This document shows positions 61,915-64,000 of a stretch of DNA of 64,000 nucleotides, piece after piece (the first letter of the stretch is position 1; each line of letters begins with the position of its first letter). Location: NCBI RefSeq assembly GCF_030028105.1, contig NC_092376.1, positions 116,620,230 through 116,684,229 of the forward strand, written 5' to 3'. The stretch is from Mobula birostris (Eukaryota). The notes below the pieces were generated by a model. The model saw only the letters and a list, made by a program, of their open reading frames with translations, was not told the DNA's origin and did no database searches. Both the position numbers and the translations under genes were made by a program.

Positions 61915-62531
61915 CGAGAGAAAATCTGCAGATGCTGGAATCCAAGCAACACACACAAAATGCTGGAGGAACTCAACAGGCCAGGCAGCATCTATGGAAA
62001 GGGTTTGGGGTTGAAATCCATCACCAGGGTCTATTAGTTTTGTATTCTTTTCCATAGATGATGCCTGGCCTTATCACCAACAGTTTGGACATGGCCCAAG
62101 TGCGGAGTGAGAGACACTGAAGCGGGTCGATAATTCAGACAGTAATGCGAACAGTGTTAAAGGGAAAAGAAAACAATAAGTGCCAGGCCAAACAGGGCTG
62201 TTAACTAAAACTCTCAAATGGAAAACGAAACCTATACTGCGGCTGAAAAGAACAACTAAATATTAAATGAAAACCGCTAGTCTTCAGAGTCAGTTGTCTC
62301 AACAGTCCAATTTCTCAGGCAAGGCCAAATGCAAACAGACAGCGAAGCGTTGCTGTGCTGTGTCCAAGTCTTGACTGCACTATGATGACAAGTGTGGAGT
62401 TAAATACAATCACAATGAAATAATTAGCTGACATGTGCATATTCACTTGCACAATTGCCGTATCTACTGCGCTGCCGAATCTGTGGTTGTGACAGGCCTG
62501 CTGAGTTCCTCCAGCATTTTGTGTGTGTTGA
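61915..62531. mobile_element. Inverted pair of Penelope pLTR fragments interrupted by a solo LTR
   Basis: Left arm caacacacacaaaatgctggaggaactc..ggccaggcagcatctatggaaa; right arm tttccatagatgatgcctggcct|gctgagttcctccagcattttgtgtgtgttg split at 62072. Confidence 0.75.
62072..62494. mobile_element. Solo LTR with 5-bp TSD
   Basis: TATCAC (decayed TGTCAC)...GTGACA; GGCCT at 62067-62071 and 62495-62499. Confidence 0.8.
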
Positions 62532-63498
62532 AGTTATCCTTGCATTGGGAAGCTGCAATTCATTGGTCTCCATTGTAATGGGGCTAGAACCTCTTCTGTT
62601 CATAACATAACAATGTCTTAGCTCAAGGACATTTCCAAGATTTAATGATGGATCCTCACCTGTCTGTGTGAGATTTACTGAGAATACAAGGAGAAATCAG
62701 CAGAAAAGAGAGGTCTAGCTAAACAGACAAGCACATGATGAATGGAATATAATGTGTTGAAATGTGACATGATCCACTTCAGTAGGAACATTAGAAAAAC
62801 AGATTTTTGTTATATGGTGAGTGAATCAACATTGAAACCATCTAGGTGTCTGTGTACATGGTCACTGAAAAATAAGTAAGGCAATAAGAAGATACACAAT
62901 AAAAAAAACTTGAATAAAAGAAATAAATGTTCATATATTGATTCTAGGTTTAACAGCCTGTTTAAGATTTTTACTGCTATGCCGTAGGTGTTTCAATTTA
63001 GCAGTTCTGTTTTCAGCTTGTTTGGGTTTGATCTGAGATAAAGAGCTTTGTTGTTCAGCTTAGGATGTCAGCCAATCAGGATGGTGGAATTGGGAGGGGG
63101 TTCTGGAGAACACTGGGTGGAGAGGTCTTTGCTGGGAGAAGACAGGAGAAAAGATGGCTGAGGATGCCATTCCTATTCCACAAGGTGTTTTGTGCAGATG
63201 AGTGGCTTCAAGAAGGAAGACCAATACTTGTGAGGGAGAGCCCGCTTGTTTGAGATGGATTTTGAGTGACGTTAGGAAGGTGCAGTGTGTACATCAAAAA
63301 CCAAAAGCGTTTGGAAGATTTGAGCTCCACCGTGCATATGTGACTGTTTAACTATAATAGGCCTTTTTTTGTTTTTTTTTCTTTCCTTTAACAACTGGCT
63401 GCTTAAGTTGACATTTTTAAATATACTTCTTTATAAATGTATGCGGTGTATGATCTGTTATTTCTTGCCAATGGCGATTGCCGGGGGCAGCAAATCAC

Positions 63499-64000
63499 AA
63501 AGGATTCACACAAACCTTGAAGAGCAAGAGGATAAGATATGAGAGAATAGGGCCAATCAAATGTGACAATGGAAAAGTGTATATGGAACCGGAGAAAATA
63601 GCAGAGGTATTTAATGAATACTTTGCTTCAGTATTCACTATGGAAAAGGATCTTGGTGATTGTAGGGATGACTTGCAGTGCACTGAAAAGCTTGAGAATG
63701 TAGATATTAGGAAAGAGGATATGCTGGAGCTTTTGGAAAGCATCAAGTTGGATAAGTCACTGGGACCGAACAAAACGTACCCCAGTCTACTGTGGGAAGC
63801 CAGGGAGGAGATTGCTGAGCCTCTGGCAATGATCTTTGCATCATCAACGAGGACGGAGGAGGTTCTGAAGGATTGGAGAGTTAGGATGTTGTTCCCTTAT
63901 TCAAGAAAGGGAGCAGAGATATCCCAAGAAATTATAGGCCAGTGAGTCTTACTTCAGTGGTTGGTAAGCTGATGGAGAAGATCCTGAGAGGCAGGATTTA
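63499..64000 (+). mobile_element. CR1 LINE (same family as 11516-13566), runs off window
   Basis: IGPIKCDNGKVYMEPEKIAEVFNEYFASVF..KSLGP. Confidence 0.9.

Larger units (their letters stand above)
60130..62950 (-). repeat. Third, more diverged paralog of the TIM downstream block
   Basis: Matches ~9450-11300 and ~18400-23000 (tgccccagatccagg..., aaatcaggattacttcta..., ctcaagg..catttccaagatttaa). Confidence 0.8.

Noticed and set aside
62959-63498. TGT...ACA-bounded segment as a further solo LTR
   Set aside because: No TSD and the right edge abuts a CR1, so boundaries cannot be supported.
1-64000. CRISPR arrays, rRNA or tRNA genes, prokaryotic operons
   Set aside because: None seen; tRNA-like boxes belong to SINE heads and the DNA is eukaryotic and intron-containing.

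Overview
Repeat-dense eukaryotic DNA. The LINE/SINE/Penelope families resemble those of cartilaginous fishes, probably a ray (inference). I found no CRISPR, rRNA or tRNA genes. The host content is a minus-strand tandem cluster of TIM/HAVCR-family (HAVCR1/TIMD4-like) genes. Copy 1 has a signal-peptide exon at 16932-16983 and IgV units at 15533-16218. Copy 2 has a signal-peptide exon at 27127-27178 and IgV units at 25411-26434. Copy 3 has a damaged IgV at 50348-50606 followed by candidate mucin, transmembrane and cytoplasmic exons down to 41580. Orphan paralogous blocks (8463-8950, ~60130-62950) imply further copies outside the window. In copies 1 and 2 the IgV exon sits in a 338-bp tandem cassette: every full-length unit has the same TAA stop, and the stop-free units lack their 5' end, so one unequal crossover could restore an intact exon. 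The main non-host element is a decayed, pol-less endogenous retrovirus (~32440-39919) with paired LTRs, a tRNA-Ser-like PBS, a class III (ERV-L/S)-like gag and a gamma-type env (ISD plus CX6CC remnant). Also present are a TRIM-like Gypsy derivative, a Penelope-borne minimal hammerhead ribozyme, solo LTRs and many L1, CR1, Rex1 and RTE fragments. All exon models and family calls were made by eye, without alignments or database searches.
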